DNA from: Vulcanimicrobiota bacterium
Lineage (GTDB): Bacteria; Vulcanimicrobiota; Vulcanimicrobiia; Vulcanimicrobiales; Vulcanimicrobiaceae
Assembly (NCBI GenBank): GCA_963733295.1
Contig: CAVTCS010000003.1
Coordinates: 2,624,001 to 2,688,000 of the forward strand
Direction of reading: 5' to 3'
Length of the DNA: 64,000 nucleotides
Below the pieces are notes generated by a model, which had not been told where the DNA came from, searched no databases, and saw only the letters and a list, made by a program, of their open reading frames with translations. Both the position numbers and the translations under genes were made by a program. Shown here piece by piece: positions 37,501 to 47,223 of this stretch (position 1 is its first letter; the number at the start of each line of letters is the position of its first letter).

Positions 37501-39344
37501 ACGCCCCGCAACGGCTGGGCGCGGCGGCGGCAACGCTGGCCGCGCTCGCTTCGTGTGCGCTCTTCTTCGGCAACTACGCGCTCGACGATTCGTTCGTCGG
37601 CTATGCGAACGCGCAGAACCTGGCGCGCGGACTCGGTTTCACGTTCAATCCGGGTGAGCGGCTGCTGACCACGTCCGCGCCGCTGGTCGTACCGCTGTAT
37701 GCCGCGGCCGCCGCGCTGCACGCCGACATCGTGCAGTGCGCGCAGGTAGTCAGCGCGCTCGCGCTCGTGGCTTGCGCTTTGCTGGCCTACCGTCTCGCGC
37801 TCCGCTTGTGCCCGGCGTTCGGCGCCTTCTGCGCGGCCTTCGTCCTCGTGACCTCGCCGCTCGTCGTGCTGCTCTGGTCGCACGAATCGCTCGTTTGGCT
37901 CGCGCTGACCCTCGCCGCCGTCGAACTGACGCTGCAGCGTCGAGTCTCGGGTCCGGTGCTTCTCGGCCTTTCCGCCTTGGCGCGACCCGAAGCTCTCTTC
38001 GTCGCGCCCTTCTTGCTGTACCGAGTCTATCGAACTGCCGGCCGGCGCGCGACCGTGCGTTACGCGTTGCTCGCCGCCCTCCCCTTCGCACTGTGGGCGG
38101 CCTATGCGCTGCCGACGTTCGGGACGGTCTTTTCGCAATCGATCGCAGCCAAGCGCGCACAAATGTTATACGGCGGCGTTCCGTACTTGACCGGACTCGT
38201 CGGGCACTACGTCTACCTGTATGCGAACGCGACCTCGAAAGCGGCGGCGGCCGTTTTGCTCTTCTCGCTCGCACTCGCGCTGCTCGCCGCGGCGCGCGCT
38301 CCCGCCACGCGTTCGGCCACGCTGGCGCTCGCGGTTTGGTTTTGTTTGCTCTCCGCGTTTTACATCGTCGCGCAGGTGCACTTCTTCGATTGGTTCGGGA
38401 TACAGGCCGCAGTCTTCACTGCTTTCGTCGCCGGTGCCGCCTGGGCCGGACCGCCCTCGGTCCTCGCGCGCCTCGGGAGGCTCGCTGCGCTCTGCATCGT
38501 CGCGGTGAACGCGCTCTTCCTCGTCAGTTTGACGCGGGATCCAGCGTTGAAGTACTCGCTCGACGGAATGCTCGTGCTTCCCCACGTCGAGCAGAACAAC
38601 TATTACCGGCTCGCAGTCTACACGCGCGAACATTCGAAACCGCACGATTCGATCGCATATCCCGAAATCGGCCAGTTACGCTATTACGGCGATCGCGCCA
38701 TCGTCGATTTCGATGGGCTCGCATCGCCCGGCGTGGCCCGGGCGATGCAGCGCGGCGATACGATTTGGGCCTTCGAGCGTTACCGGCCGACGATCTTCAT
38801 CGACGCGGAAAGACATTGGGCGAACATCGTCGACCCGCCCGAATACGATTGGTTCGCGCGCGCCTATGCGCGCGGCGAAACCCTCGTTTTGCCGCCCGAA
38901 CCGGGGAAGGACCACTTCACGTTCTACCGCCTCGTGGATGCGGCGGAAATTCCACCGCCCGAGGTGCTCGAGCGCGGAGCCCGGGTGGAGGTCGCCTCCG
39001 ATGGTTTGAGCTTTCGCGCCGTCCCCGGCGACGTCGCCACCAGCGCCTTGGAGGTGCGCCTGGATTCGCGTCGCTGCGCCGGCGGCCGCATCGTCGTCGT
39101 TCCGGCCTCGGGCCCGCGCAGCGCGGTTGCGATCGTTCCGGTACCCTTTCGCGTAGCGGAGCGCGTTCGCGTCGCGCTCGATCCGAAGGCAAGCGGCCCG
39201 TTCGACGGGCGCTTGGAGGGTTGCCGGCCGGGTGCGCTCGCCCCCCCGCTGCTTCCGCGCTTTGGTTTTCTGCTGGTCGACCGCCCCCGCGTGCGCGGAA
39301 CTCGCGCCGACGCGATTCGCCTCTTCGCGCCCACACCGAGCTGA
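37497..39344 (+). CDS. GT-C membrane glycosyltransferase (AftB-like DD motif) with C-terminal soluble domain; start codon uncertain
   Basis: DDSFVGYANAQNLARGLGFTFNPGER...SAPL, ARPE, IGQLRYY..IVDFDGL. Confidence 0.7.
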   Translation, partial: VNAPQRLGAAAATLAALASCALFFGNYALDDSFVGYANAQNLARGLGFTFNPGERLLTTSAPLVVPLYAAAAALHADIVQCAQVVSALALVACALLAYRLALRLCPAFGAFCAAFVLVTSPLVVLLWSHESLVWLALTLAAVELTLQRRVSGPVLLGLSALARPEALFVAPFLLYRVYRTAGRRATVRYALLAALPFALWAAYALPTFGTVFSQSIAAKRAQMLYGGVPYLTGLVGHYVYLYANATSKAAAAVLLFSLALALLAAARAPATRSATLALAVWFCLLSAFYIVAQVHFFDWFGIQAAVFTAFVAGAAWAGPPSVLARLGRLAALCIVAVNALFLVSLTRDPALKYSLDGMLVLPHVEQNNYYRLAVYTREHSKPHDSIAYPEIGQLRYYGDRAIVDFDGLASPGVARAMQRGDTIWAFERYRPTIFIDAERHWANIVDPPEYDWFARAYARGETLVLPPEPGKDHFTFYRLVDAAEIPPPEVLERGARVEVASDGLSFRAVPGDVATSALEVRLDSRRCAGGRIVVVPASGPRSAVAIVPVPFRVAERVRVALDPKASGPFDGRLEGCRPGALAPPLLPRFGFLLVDRPRVRGTRADAIRLFAPTPS

Positions 39345-39381
39345 CGCAACGCGGGCTGCGCCGCGGGGGTTGGACGGTGTG

Positions 39382-40881
39382 GTGGAGATTCTAACCGCGC
39401 CCGAGGGCGCACCGATCGAGGAGCTGCGGCTCGTCCCGAGCTACGCGGACGAGCTCGGCGCAGCGTTCGTGCAGCGCATCGAGCCGACGCCGCTTCCGGA
39501 GCCGTATCTGGTCGCCTTCAATCCCGCCGTCGCACCGCTGGTCGGCCTCGCGCCGAGCGAAGCGCAACGCCCCGAATTCCTGCGCATCGCCGCAGGCAAC
39601 TCGCGTTTCGCCGGCGCCGAACCGTTCGCGTCCTTGTACGCGGGGCATCAGTTCGGTGCGTTCGTTCCGCAACTCGGCGACGGCCGCGCCATCACGCTCG
39701 GCGAATTCGAGAACGCCGCGGGCGGGCGTTTCGAATGGCAGCTTAAAGGCGCGGGAACCACCGCGTTCTCGCGCTTCGGCGACGGTCGCGCGGTGCTCCG
39801 CTCGACGATTCGCGAATACCTCGCGAGCGAAGCGCTGGCCGCGCTCGGCATCCCGACCACGCGCGCGCTCGCGATCGCGGGCAGCGACGCGCCGGTTTTT
39901 CGCGAGCGAGTCGAGACGGCGGCGGTGCTGTCGCGGATCGCGCCGTCCCACGTGCGTTTCGGCTCGTTCGAAGCCTTTCACTATCGGAACAAATTCGAGG
40001 AGCTCGCGCAACTCGCCGACTATACGATCTCGCGCTTCTATCCCGAGTTGACCGATCTCGAGCCCAAAGAGCGCTACGCGCGCTTTCTGAGCGCGGTCGT
40101 GGAACGGACGGCCCGGTTGTTCGCCGAGTGGCAAGCGGTCGGGTTCGCGCACGGGGTCCTGAACACCGACAACATGTCGATCCTCGGCCTCACGCTCGAC
40201 TACGGTCCCTACGGTTTTTTGGACGAATACGATCCCGAGTTCGTTTGCAACCATAGCGATACCGAGGGTCGCTACTCTTTCGAGCGCCAGGCGACGATCG
40301 GACTTTGGAATTGTCACGCGCTGGCGGCCGCGCTCCGTTCTCTCGTCCCGAAGGCCGAGGCCGAACCGCTGCTGGCTGCCTACGAGCCTGCCTTTCGCGG
40401 ACGTCTCCTCGACTTGCTCCGGGCGAAATTCGGTCTGGCGACGGTCCACGAAGACGATGCCGACTTGCTCGCGACGGGGCTCGACGCGTTGGCGCACGGC
40501 GAGGTCGACTACACGTTGTTCTTCCGGCGCTTGTCAGGCTTTGCGCGAGAAAGTTCTGCGACGGACGACGCGCTGGCGGAACTTTTTTCCAACCGCGACG
40601 AGTGGTATGCGTGGCAGCAGCGGTATCGCGAGCGGCTGGGGCGCGAGGCGCGGGACGACGAAGCGCGCCGGCACGGGATGCTTGCGGTAAATCCCAAATA
40701 TGTGCTACGAAACTACTTAGCTCAGGCCGCAATCGTAAAAGCCGAAGCACGCGACTACTCAGAGCTCGAGCGTCTGCACGCAGTCCTGCGCGCGCCGTTC
40801 GAGGAGCAACCCGAAAACGAGCCGTATGCGCAGCCCCCGCCGGCCTCCGCAAAACACATCGAGGTCAGCTGTTCGTCGTAG
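39382..40881 (+). CDS. selO: Protein adenylyltransferase SelO (YdiU)
   Basis: YAGHQFG, LGDGRA, LKGAG.T.FSR.GDGRAVLRS.IRE, HGVLNTDN, C-terminal CSS. Confidence 0.95.
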   Translation: MEILTAPEGAPIEELRLVPSYADELGAAFVQRIEPTPLPEPYLVAFNPAVAPLVGLAPSEAQRPEFLRIAAGNSRFAGAEPFASLYAGHQFGAFVPQLGDGRAITLGEFENAAGGRFEWQLKGAGTTAFSRFGDGRAVLRSTIREYLASEALAALGIPTTRALAIAGSDAPVFRERVETAAVLSRIAPSHVRFGSFEAFHYRNKFEELAQLADYTISRFYPELTDLEPKERYARFLSAVVERTARLFAEWQAVGFAHGVLNTDNMSILGLTLDYGPYGFLDEYDPEFVCNHSDTEGRYSFERQATIGLWNCHALAAALRSLVPKAEAEPLLAAYEPAFRGRLLDLLRAKFGLATVHEDDADLLATGLDALAHGEVDYTLFFRRLSGFARESSATDDALAELFSNRDEWYAWQQRYRERLGREARDDEARRHGMLAVNPKYVLRNYLAQAAIVKAEARDYSELERLHAVLRAPFEEQPENEPYAQPPPASAKHIEVSCSS

Positions 40882-40984
40882 CGGGGAGTTAGATTCTGGG
40901 GTCAAATAATCGAACCTGGCGCCCTCTGTCCTATTTGAAATTTGGCGTCACGGCGTTCCCGCGCGAGAGAGGCTGAAGAGCAAC

Positions 40985-41644
40985 GTGGCTGGACACGAAG
41001 TGCAGGCATACCAGGATCCCGGCACGCCGGAAGAGCAATCCCGCCGCCAGTTCATGGCGAACGCCACGCTGGCGATCGGCGGGGTCATTGGTCTCGTGCT
41101 GACCGTTCCACTGGTCATTTCGCTGATTCCCGAATCGCTCGTAAAACCGGATAAAGCGGGCGGGGTCTGGTCGCCTATCTCGAGCGACGAATTCAAAGCG
41201 CTCCAGGGTGCGACCGGGACGCCGGTCAAAATCACGTTCGATTTCAAATACACCGACGGCTACATCCCGCCGGCCGAAGACACCAAGTTCGTCTACGGCA
41301 TCCGCTTGACTGCAGCGCAGCAGGCCGACTTTGAGAAGAGCCGTCCCGACCTGTTCGGAAACCCCAACGCCGAAGTGCATTACCCCGCCGTCAACATGGG
41401 GTTCGTGATCTTCAGCTCGGTTTGCCCGCACTTGGGTTGCCGCTACGATTGGAACGGCGACGCGAAGCGCTTCATCTGCCCGTGTCACGGCTCGCAGTTC
41501 AACGAAGTCGGCGCGCATCTCGCCGGTCCCGCTCCCCGCGGTCTCGATCCGCTGCCTTTCCGCGAGCAGAACGGCATAGCCCAGATCACCTGGATTCAAT
41601 ACAAATCCGGTCAGCCGGATCGCGTCATCGTCTCCTACAGCTAG
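40985..41644 (+). CDS. qcrA: Rieske Fe-S subunit of a menaquinol:cytochrome c reductase
   Basis: Tat motif SRRQFM; CPHLGC and CPCHGSQF; GPAPRGL. Confidence 0.93.
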   Translation: MAGHEVQAYQDPGTPEEQSRRQFMANATLAIGGVIGLVLTVPLVISLIPESLVKPDKAGGVWSPISSDEFKALQGATGTPVKITFDFKYTDGYIPPAEDTKFVYGIRLTAAQQADFEKSRPDLFGNPNAEVHYPAVNMGFVIFSSVCPHLGCRYDWNGDAKRFICPCHGSQFNEVGAHLAGPAPRGLDPLPFREQNGIAQITWIQYKSGQPDRVIVSYS

Positions 41645-41654
41645 GGAGCGACCT

Positions 41655-43109
41655 GTGAACGTTTTTACCTGGATCGAGCAGCGCACGGGCTTCGTCAGTC
41701 TGACCGTCGACTTCCTAACCGAAGACGTGCCGGGCGGCGCGAGCTATTGGTACGTCTTCGGCAGCGCGACGCTCTTCGCGATGATCTTGCAGTTCGTCAC
41801 CGGAATTTTCCTGACGTTCTACTACGCGCCGTCGTCGTCGACGGCGTGGGAATCGACGAACTACATCTATCACAACGTGCCGCTCGGCTGGTTCGTGATC
41901 AGTCTGCACTACTGGGGAGCGACCGCGATGATCGCGCTGCTCTTCATGCACATGCTGCAAGTTCTGGTCTGGGGGGCATACAAAGCGCCGCGCGAGATCA
42001 TGTGGCTCGTCGGGGTGATCCTCTTCATCGTGACGCTCGTGCTCGGGTTGACCGGCTATCTGCTGCCCTGGGACATGAACGCCTATTTCGCTTCGCAGGT
42101 CGCGATCAACATCGCGTCCTCGGCGCCGATCGTGGGCAACGTCATGCAGCAGTTTCTGAGCGGCGGAGCCGGCATGGGAACGTTGACGATCAACCGCTTT
42201 TTCGGCCTGCACGTGTGGCTGATGCCCGCGCTCATCGCGCTCCTGGCCGTCGTGCACTTGATCGTCTTCCGTCACAACGGCTCGGCCGGGCCGCCCACCG
42301 ACCACGAACTTCGCAAGCTGCCGCAAGGCCGTTTCTGGCCCAATCAGATGTTCATGGATGCCTTCGCGTCGTTCGCCGTGTTCGTCGTCATCGTCGTGCT
42401 CTCGATCTTTTCGCCGGCGCCATTCGACGTCAAAGCCGATCCGTCGCAGGCCTTCATCCCGTATCCGGCCTGGTATTTCTTGGCGCTCTACGGAATGCTG
42501 CGCGTCGCCGGACAAGTGCCGGCCGCGCTCGTTCCGACGGCGAACTTACTCGCGACGATCGTCATTCCGACGCTCGTCATCGTGGTGCTCGTCGCACTGC
42601 CTTGGCTCGATCGCAAGCCGAGCCGGCAGCTTCGGCGCCGGACCACCGTGCTCGCAGGCACGGCGATCGTGATGGTGATCGCGGTCGGTCTTTCCGCCTA
42701 CAGTCAGCTCATGGTGCAAAAAGAGCAAGCCGAAACGCCCGCGCCGGTAGCGGCCGCGGCCGCCGCGACGACCGGCGGGAGCACTGCGGCTGCCGGCGGC
42801 GCGGCGATCTACGCGACGAATTGCGCGGGCTGCCACAACGCGGCCGGCACCGGTACGCCCGGCGCGTTCCCGCCGCTCGCCGGCAACGACGTGGTCACCG
42901 GCGATCCCAAAAAGGTCATTCACGTTCTGCTCTACGGATTGAGCGGGCCGCTCGAAGTGAAGGGACAGAAGTTCAACAACGTGATGCCGGCCTGGAAGGG
43001 CACGTTGAAGAACGCCGACATCGCAGCGGTCGCGACCTACATTCGCTCGACGTGGGGCAACAAAGCTTCTGCGGTAACCGAAGCCGAGGTCGCGGGCGTC
43101 CCGAAGTAA
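41655..43109 (+). CDS. qcrB: Cytochrome b (b6 and subunit IV unsplit) fused to a C-terminal class I cytochrome c
   Basis: HYWGA..HM, TGYLLPW, RFFGLHV..H, PAWYF, then CAGCH and MPAW. Confidence 0.93.
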   Translation: MNVFTWIEQRTGFVSLTVDFLTEDVPGGASYWYVFGSATLFAMILQFVTGIFLTFYYAPSSSTAWESTNYIYHNVPLGWFVISLHYWGATAMIALLFMHMLQVLVWGAYKAPREIMWLVGVILFIVTLVLGLTGYLLPWDMNAYFASQVAINIASSAPIVGNVMQQFLSGGAGMGTLTINRFFGLHVWLMPALIALLAVVHLIVFRHNGSAGPPTDHELRKLPQGRFWPNQMFMDAFASFAVFVVIVVLSIFSPAPFDVKADPSQAFIPYPAWYFLALYGMLRVAGQVPAALVPTANLLATIVIPTLVIVVLVALPWLDRKPSRQLRRRTTVLAGTAIVMVIAVGLSAYSQLMVQKEQAETPAPVAAAAAATTGGSTAAAGGAAIYATNCAGCHNAAGTGTPGAFPPLAGNDVVTGDPKKVIHVLLYGLSGPLEVKGQKFNNVMPAWKGTLKNADIAAVATYIRSTWGNKASAVTEAEVAGVPK

Positions 43110-44753
43110 CTATTCGGGCGCGAAGGCCGTCGTGCAGGGCGGTCCGTCGTAGAGATAGAGCACGTCGCCGTCCTCGTGCGCTAGTTCGCGGCGCGAGCGT
43201 CCGTAACTCGGAGGACTCGGCCTGCGTCGCGAGGTGACCACGAACGCGCGCGGCGACCCGCAGATGACGCGCTTGGGATCGCCGTCGCCCGGTCCGCTTT
43301 TGCCGTCGAGCGTTTCGATGCGCGGCTCGGTGTAGAAGAGCAACGCGTACGCACCCGAGACGCCTTGGATCGCGATGGCGTCGCTGGCGCGCCGCTCGCT
43401 TTGAATCACGGCCGCCAGACGCGGAATCGGTTTGAAGCGTTCGACGATCGGCTCGCCGTACAGAACGATGAACGAGATCGAACCCAGGCTCGTCGCTCCG
43501 AGGACGAACGGTGCGAGCCAAGCGACGCGCCGGAACAGCAGCAACGCGAAACAGAGCGACGAGCCGAGAACTATGCAAAGCCCAACGCGAAGCAAGCCGA
43601 CGCGCAGCACCTGCAAGTCGGGCGTCAAGCGGTTGTCGTGCGAGAAAGCCCAAACGGCGATCCCGACGCCCACGAGGGTGAGCGGAAGGAGCGCGGTCCA
43701 GACGAGCGCCGAGCGCCGGTCGCGGCGTTCGACGACGCCGTCGAACCAGAGCGCGGTCAAGATCGCCAGCGCCGGAAATTCGAGCGCGATATAGTTCGGC
43801 AGTTTCGTGCGGGCGAAACTAAAAAATAGGAAGGGCAGCACCGACCACACGAGCGCCAAGCGCGACAGGCCTCCGCCTTCGGAACGCGAGCTACGCAGCG
43901 CTTCGAGCGATGCCGGAAAGAGGTAGACGAACCACGGGAAAAATCCGAGCGCGACGACGGCGCCGTAGTACCAAAGGGGACCCGACTGGTTCTCGATGAT
44001 GTCGAGATAGCGCCCGACGGTGTAGTGTCCGATCAATTCGCCGAACGCGCTCGGACCGGCCGCACTCCACATGGCGAGAGTCCAAGGCGCCAAGACCAGC
44101 GCGAAGAGCCCGATTCCCGCAATCCACGCGCGCGGCGAGGGCGCGGTCAGGCGGCTGCCGGCCGAACGCTCCCAAAACGCCCACACGCCGATCACGAGCG
44201 CGACGATCACCAGCGCTACCGGGCCCTTGGCGAGCGTTCCGAACGCAAGTGCCAGCCAGCCGAGGAGCCAGAGCCGGCCGTCGCGGATGCGAAGTGCTCC
44301 GAACCACGCCAGAATCGCGACGGCGACCGCAAGATCGAGCAGAGCGTCCATGATCGCAAGCCGCCCGACGATCGCCTCCATCAGTGACGTCGACAGCACG
44401 AGCGCGGCGAGTAAACCCGCCCTGGGCCCGTTCAAGCGCGCGACGACGTAGGCGACGACCGCGCCGCTCGAGATGGTCGCCAACGCCGACGGCAGCCGCA
44501 ACGCAAAAGGCGTCGCTCCGAAAACGTGCGCCAGTGCGGCGGCGATCCAAAAGTAGAGCGGCGGTTGAACGAACCACGCCTGCCCGTTCAGGTGCATGAC
44601 GACCGGATCGCCGTAGATCAGGATCTCACGTGCTACTTCGCCGTACGCGGTCTCGCTGTTGTCCCAAAGAGTGCCGACGCCGAGTCCCGGAAGCGTCGCC
44701 GCGGCGGCGATCAGGCCTCCGACTAGCGCCGCCCGTCCCGCCGCCGAAATCAC
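43110..44753 (-). CDS. ArnT/GT83-like (PMT_2) GT-C glycosyltransferase
   Basis: WDNSETAYGEVARE, QPPLYFW, RLPSAL, LAKGPV, TKLPNY. Confidence 0.85.
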   Translation of the reverse strand: MISAAGRAALVGGLIAAAATLPGLGVGTLWDNSETAYGEVAREILIYGDPVVMHLNGQAWFVQPPLYFWIAAALAHVFGATPFALRLPSALATISSGAVVAYVVARLNGPRAGLLAALVLSTSLMEAIVGRLAIMDALLDLAVAVAILAWFGALRIRDGRLWLLGWLALAFGTLAKGPVALVIVALVIGVWAFWERSAGSRLTAPSPRAWIAGIGLFALVLAPWTLAMWSAAGPSAFGELIGHYTVGRYLDIIENQSGPLWYYGAVVALGFFPWFVYLFPASLEALRSSRSEGGGLSRLALVWSVLPFLFFSFARTKLPNYIALEFPALAILTALWFDGVVERRDRRSALVWTALLPLTLVGVGIAVWAFSHDNRLTPDLQVLRVGLLRVGLCIVLGSSLCFALLLFRRVAWLAPFVLGATSLGSISFIVLYGEPIVERFKPIPRLAAVIQSERRASDAIAIQGVSGAYALLFYTEPRIETLDGKSGPGDGDPKRVICGSPRAFVVTSRRRPSPPSYGRSRRELAHEDGDVLYLYDGPPCTTAFAPE

Positions 44754-44887
44754 GGTCTCCAGGTTGGCACACGAAGCGAAATCTCCCGCGGATGGTTGGG
44801 TGGGGTCCGCGGGCGGCGGGCGCCGAAGCCCATTCGGTGGCGTCCCTGCGAAATTCCGAGAAATACCCGAGCGCGCTCGAGCGGCAG

Positions 44888-46216
44888 GTGTCGCCGGAGG
44901 GCGGCGCCCTGGCAGCGAGCGACTTCGTCAGCGCGGTCTGCGCGACGCGCTCGAGCGCGCTCGCAATGTGGCAGACGCGTCACGTCATGGCGCAACTGGC
45001 CCGCGCCGGCATCGTCTCGACGGTGCTGCAGATTTCGACGAAGGGGGACGTCTGGCTCGACCGCCCGCTGGCAGCGCTCGGCAGCGACGGCGTCTTCATC
45101 AAAGAGCTGGAACTGGCGCTGCGCGAACGGCGCGCCGACTACGCCGTTCACTCGTGCAAGGATTTGCCGAGTACGCTCCCCGGCGACATGCAGCTTGCCG
45201 CGGTCGGCCCGCGCGAGGATCCGCGCGACGCGTTCTGTTCGGAAATGTATCCGTCGTTCGACGATCTTCCGCCCGGTGCGGTGATCGGCACCTCGAGCCC
45301 GCGCCGCCGAGCGCAACTCGGCGCGCTGCGACCCGACTTGCGTTACGAGACGATCCGCGGCAACGTCGACACGCGCTTGCGAAAGCTTCGCGAAGGTCAA
45401 TACGACGCGATCGTGCTCGCCAGAGCCGGCTTGCTGCGCCTGGGTCTCGGCGCAAAGCACGTCGAGCCGTTCGACGCGAGCGTTCTCGTGCCGGCCGTCG
45501 CGCAGGGTGCGCTCGCAATCGAGACGCGCGCCGGCGATCCGCTCGCCGCTCGCGTTCGAGAAGCTTTCAACGATCCGCTTAGCGAGTTGAGCGTCCGCGC
45601 CGAACGCGCTTTCTTGCACGCGTTGCGCGGTGGCTGCGAAGCGCCGGTCGGGGCCTACTCAACGGTCTCGGGCGAGACGCTGCGGCTTCGCGCGGCCATC
45701 GCGGCACCCGACGGCTCGAGCATCGTGCGCCGCGACGTCGTCGTCGAGACGCTCGAGGCGAGCCGGGTCGAAGTCTGGGCCGCTCAGCTCGCGCACGAGA
45801 TGCTGGCGGCCGGCGGAGCCGCGCTGCTCGCCGCGGCGCGGCCGCAAGCTCTGGACGGCCGCATTTTTCTGGTGGCGCGCGCGGGGGAACGCTCGCGGCG
45901 AGTAGCGCCCGCGCTGCGCGGTGCCGGCGCGGAAGTCATCGAAGCGGGTAGCAGCGACGATGCCGAGCTCGCGCTGGGCGGGCGCACGCCCCACGTGCTC
46001 CTGTTCGCATCGAGCGCTTCGGTCCGCGCGATCGCCGCGTACCTCGAACGACTGCGCGCTCGCGACGCGAAACCGATCGTCGCGACGCTCGGCGCGGCGT
46101 CGAGCGCGGCGGCGCGCGCCGCAGGCTTTCCACCCGACGTCGTCGCGCCCGGCGAAGGCATCGCGGACTTCGTTGCGAGCGTCACCCATCACGTCACCGG
46201 AAGGAGCGCCTCATGA
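44888..46216 (+). CDS. hemC: Hydroxymethylbilane synthase with a C-terminal half-HemD-like extension
   Basis: TRSSALA, TKGD, VHSCKD, GTSSPRR, RGNVDTRL, GGCEAPVG; extra ~120 aa tail; start approximate. Confidence 0.92.
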   Translation: MSPEGGALAASDFVSAVCATRSSALAMWQTRHVMAQLARAGIVSTVLQISTKGDVWLDRPLAALGSDGVFIKELELALRERRADYAVHSCKDLPSTLPGDMQLAAVGPREDPRDAFCSEMYPSFDDLPPGAVIGTSSPRRRAQLGALRPDLRYETIRGNVDTRLRKLREGQYDAIVLARAGLLRLGLGAKHVEPFDASVLVPAVAQGALAIETRAGDPLAARVREAFNDPLSELSVRAERAFLHALRGGCEAPVGAYSTVSGETLRLRAAIAAPDGSSIVRRDVVVETLEASRVEVWAAQLAHEMLAAGGAALLAAARPQALDGRIFLVARAGERSRRVAPALRGAGAEVIEAGSSDDAELALGGRTPHVLLFASSASVRAIAAYLERLRARDAKPIVATLGAASSAAARAAGFPPDVVAPGEGIADFVASVTHHVTGRSAS

Positions 46217-47223
46217 GCGTTACCGAGTTGTTGCGCCCGCGCGCGCTGGTCGATCTCGCCAAACGCCCGCGGCGCCTGCGTTCGAGTCCGGCCATGCGCG
46301 AATTGGTGCGCGAAACCGAGGTACGCGTCGCAAGCCTCGTGCAACCCATCTTCATCGCCGGCGACACGCAAACCCGAGGCGAGATCGCGAGCATGCCCGG
46401 CATTTTCCGTCACTCGGTCGAGAGCGCGGTCGGCGAGTGCCGGGAGCTGGCGGCGCTCGGCATCAAGGCGGTGCTGCTCTTCGGAATTCCGGATTTCAAG
46501 GACGCGGTCGCATCTTCGAACCACGCGCCCGACGGCGTCGTCCAGCGCGCGATTCGTGCGATCAAGCGCGACGTTCCGGAGATGTTGACGATCGCCGACC
46601 TGTGCAATTGCGAATACACCGACCACGGTCACTGCGGCGTCCTCGACGAACGCGGCGACGTCGACAACGACGCGACCCTGGAGTTGCTCGCGCGAACGGC
46701 CTTTTCGTACGCGGAGGCCGGCGTCGACGTGATCGCACCGTCCGATATGATGGACGGACGCATCGGCTATCTGCGGGGCGCGCTCGACGCTTCGGGATAC
46801 TCCGCCCTTCCGATCATGTCGTACGCCGTCAAGTTCGCTTCGGCGTTCTACGGACCGTTTCGCGATGCGGCCGACTCGACGCCGCAATTCGGCGACCGGC
46901 ACACCTATCAGATGGATCCTTCAAATGGCCGCGAGGCGCTGCGCGAAGCCCTGCTCGACCTCGACGAAGGGGCCGATTTTCTGATCGTCAAGCCCGCGCT
47001 CGCCTACATGGACCTCATTCGAGCGGTGCGCGAAATCTCGGACGTTCCGGTCGCCTGCTATAACGTGAGCGGCGAGTACGCGATGGTCAAGGCGGCCGCC
47101 GGCAACGGCTGGATCGACGAGGCTCGCATCGTCGATGAGATGCTCGTGGGGTTCGCGCGCGCGGGCGCCGACATCATCATCACGTACTTCGCCAAGTCGT
47201 ACGCGGCACGTCAGCGTACGTGA
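46213..47223 (+). CDS. hemB: Porphobilinogen synthase (Zn-type)
   Basis: CNCEYTDHGHCG, APSDMMDG, FYGPFR, VKP, YNVSGEY. Confidence 0.97.
   Translation: MSVTELLRPRALVDLAKRPRRLRSSPAMRELVRETEVRVASLVQPIFIAGDTQTRGEIASMPGIFRHSVESAVGECRELAALGIKAVLLFGIPDFKDAVASSNHAPDGVVQRAIRAIKRDVPEMLTIADLCNCEYTDHGHCGVLDERGDVDNDATLELLARTAFSYAEAGVDVIAPSDMMDGRIGYLRGALDASGYSALPIMSYAVKFASAFYGPFRDAADSTPQFGDRHTYQMDPSNGREALREALLDLDEGADFLIVKPALAYMDLIRAVREISDVPVACYNVSGEYAMVKAAAGNGWIDEARIVDEMLVGFARAGADIIITYFAKSYAARQRT

Noticed and set aside
40867..40881. Selenocysteine in SelO
   Set aside because: The gene ends TGT TCG TCG TAG (CSS, amber stop) with no in-frame TGA.
40902..40938. TCAAATA/TATTTGA inverted repeat before the Rieske gene as an FNR/Rex site
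   Set aside because: The 23-nt spacing and sequence do not match those consensus boxes.
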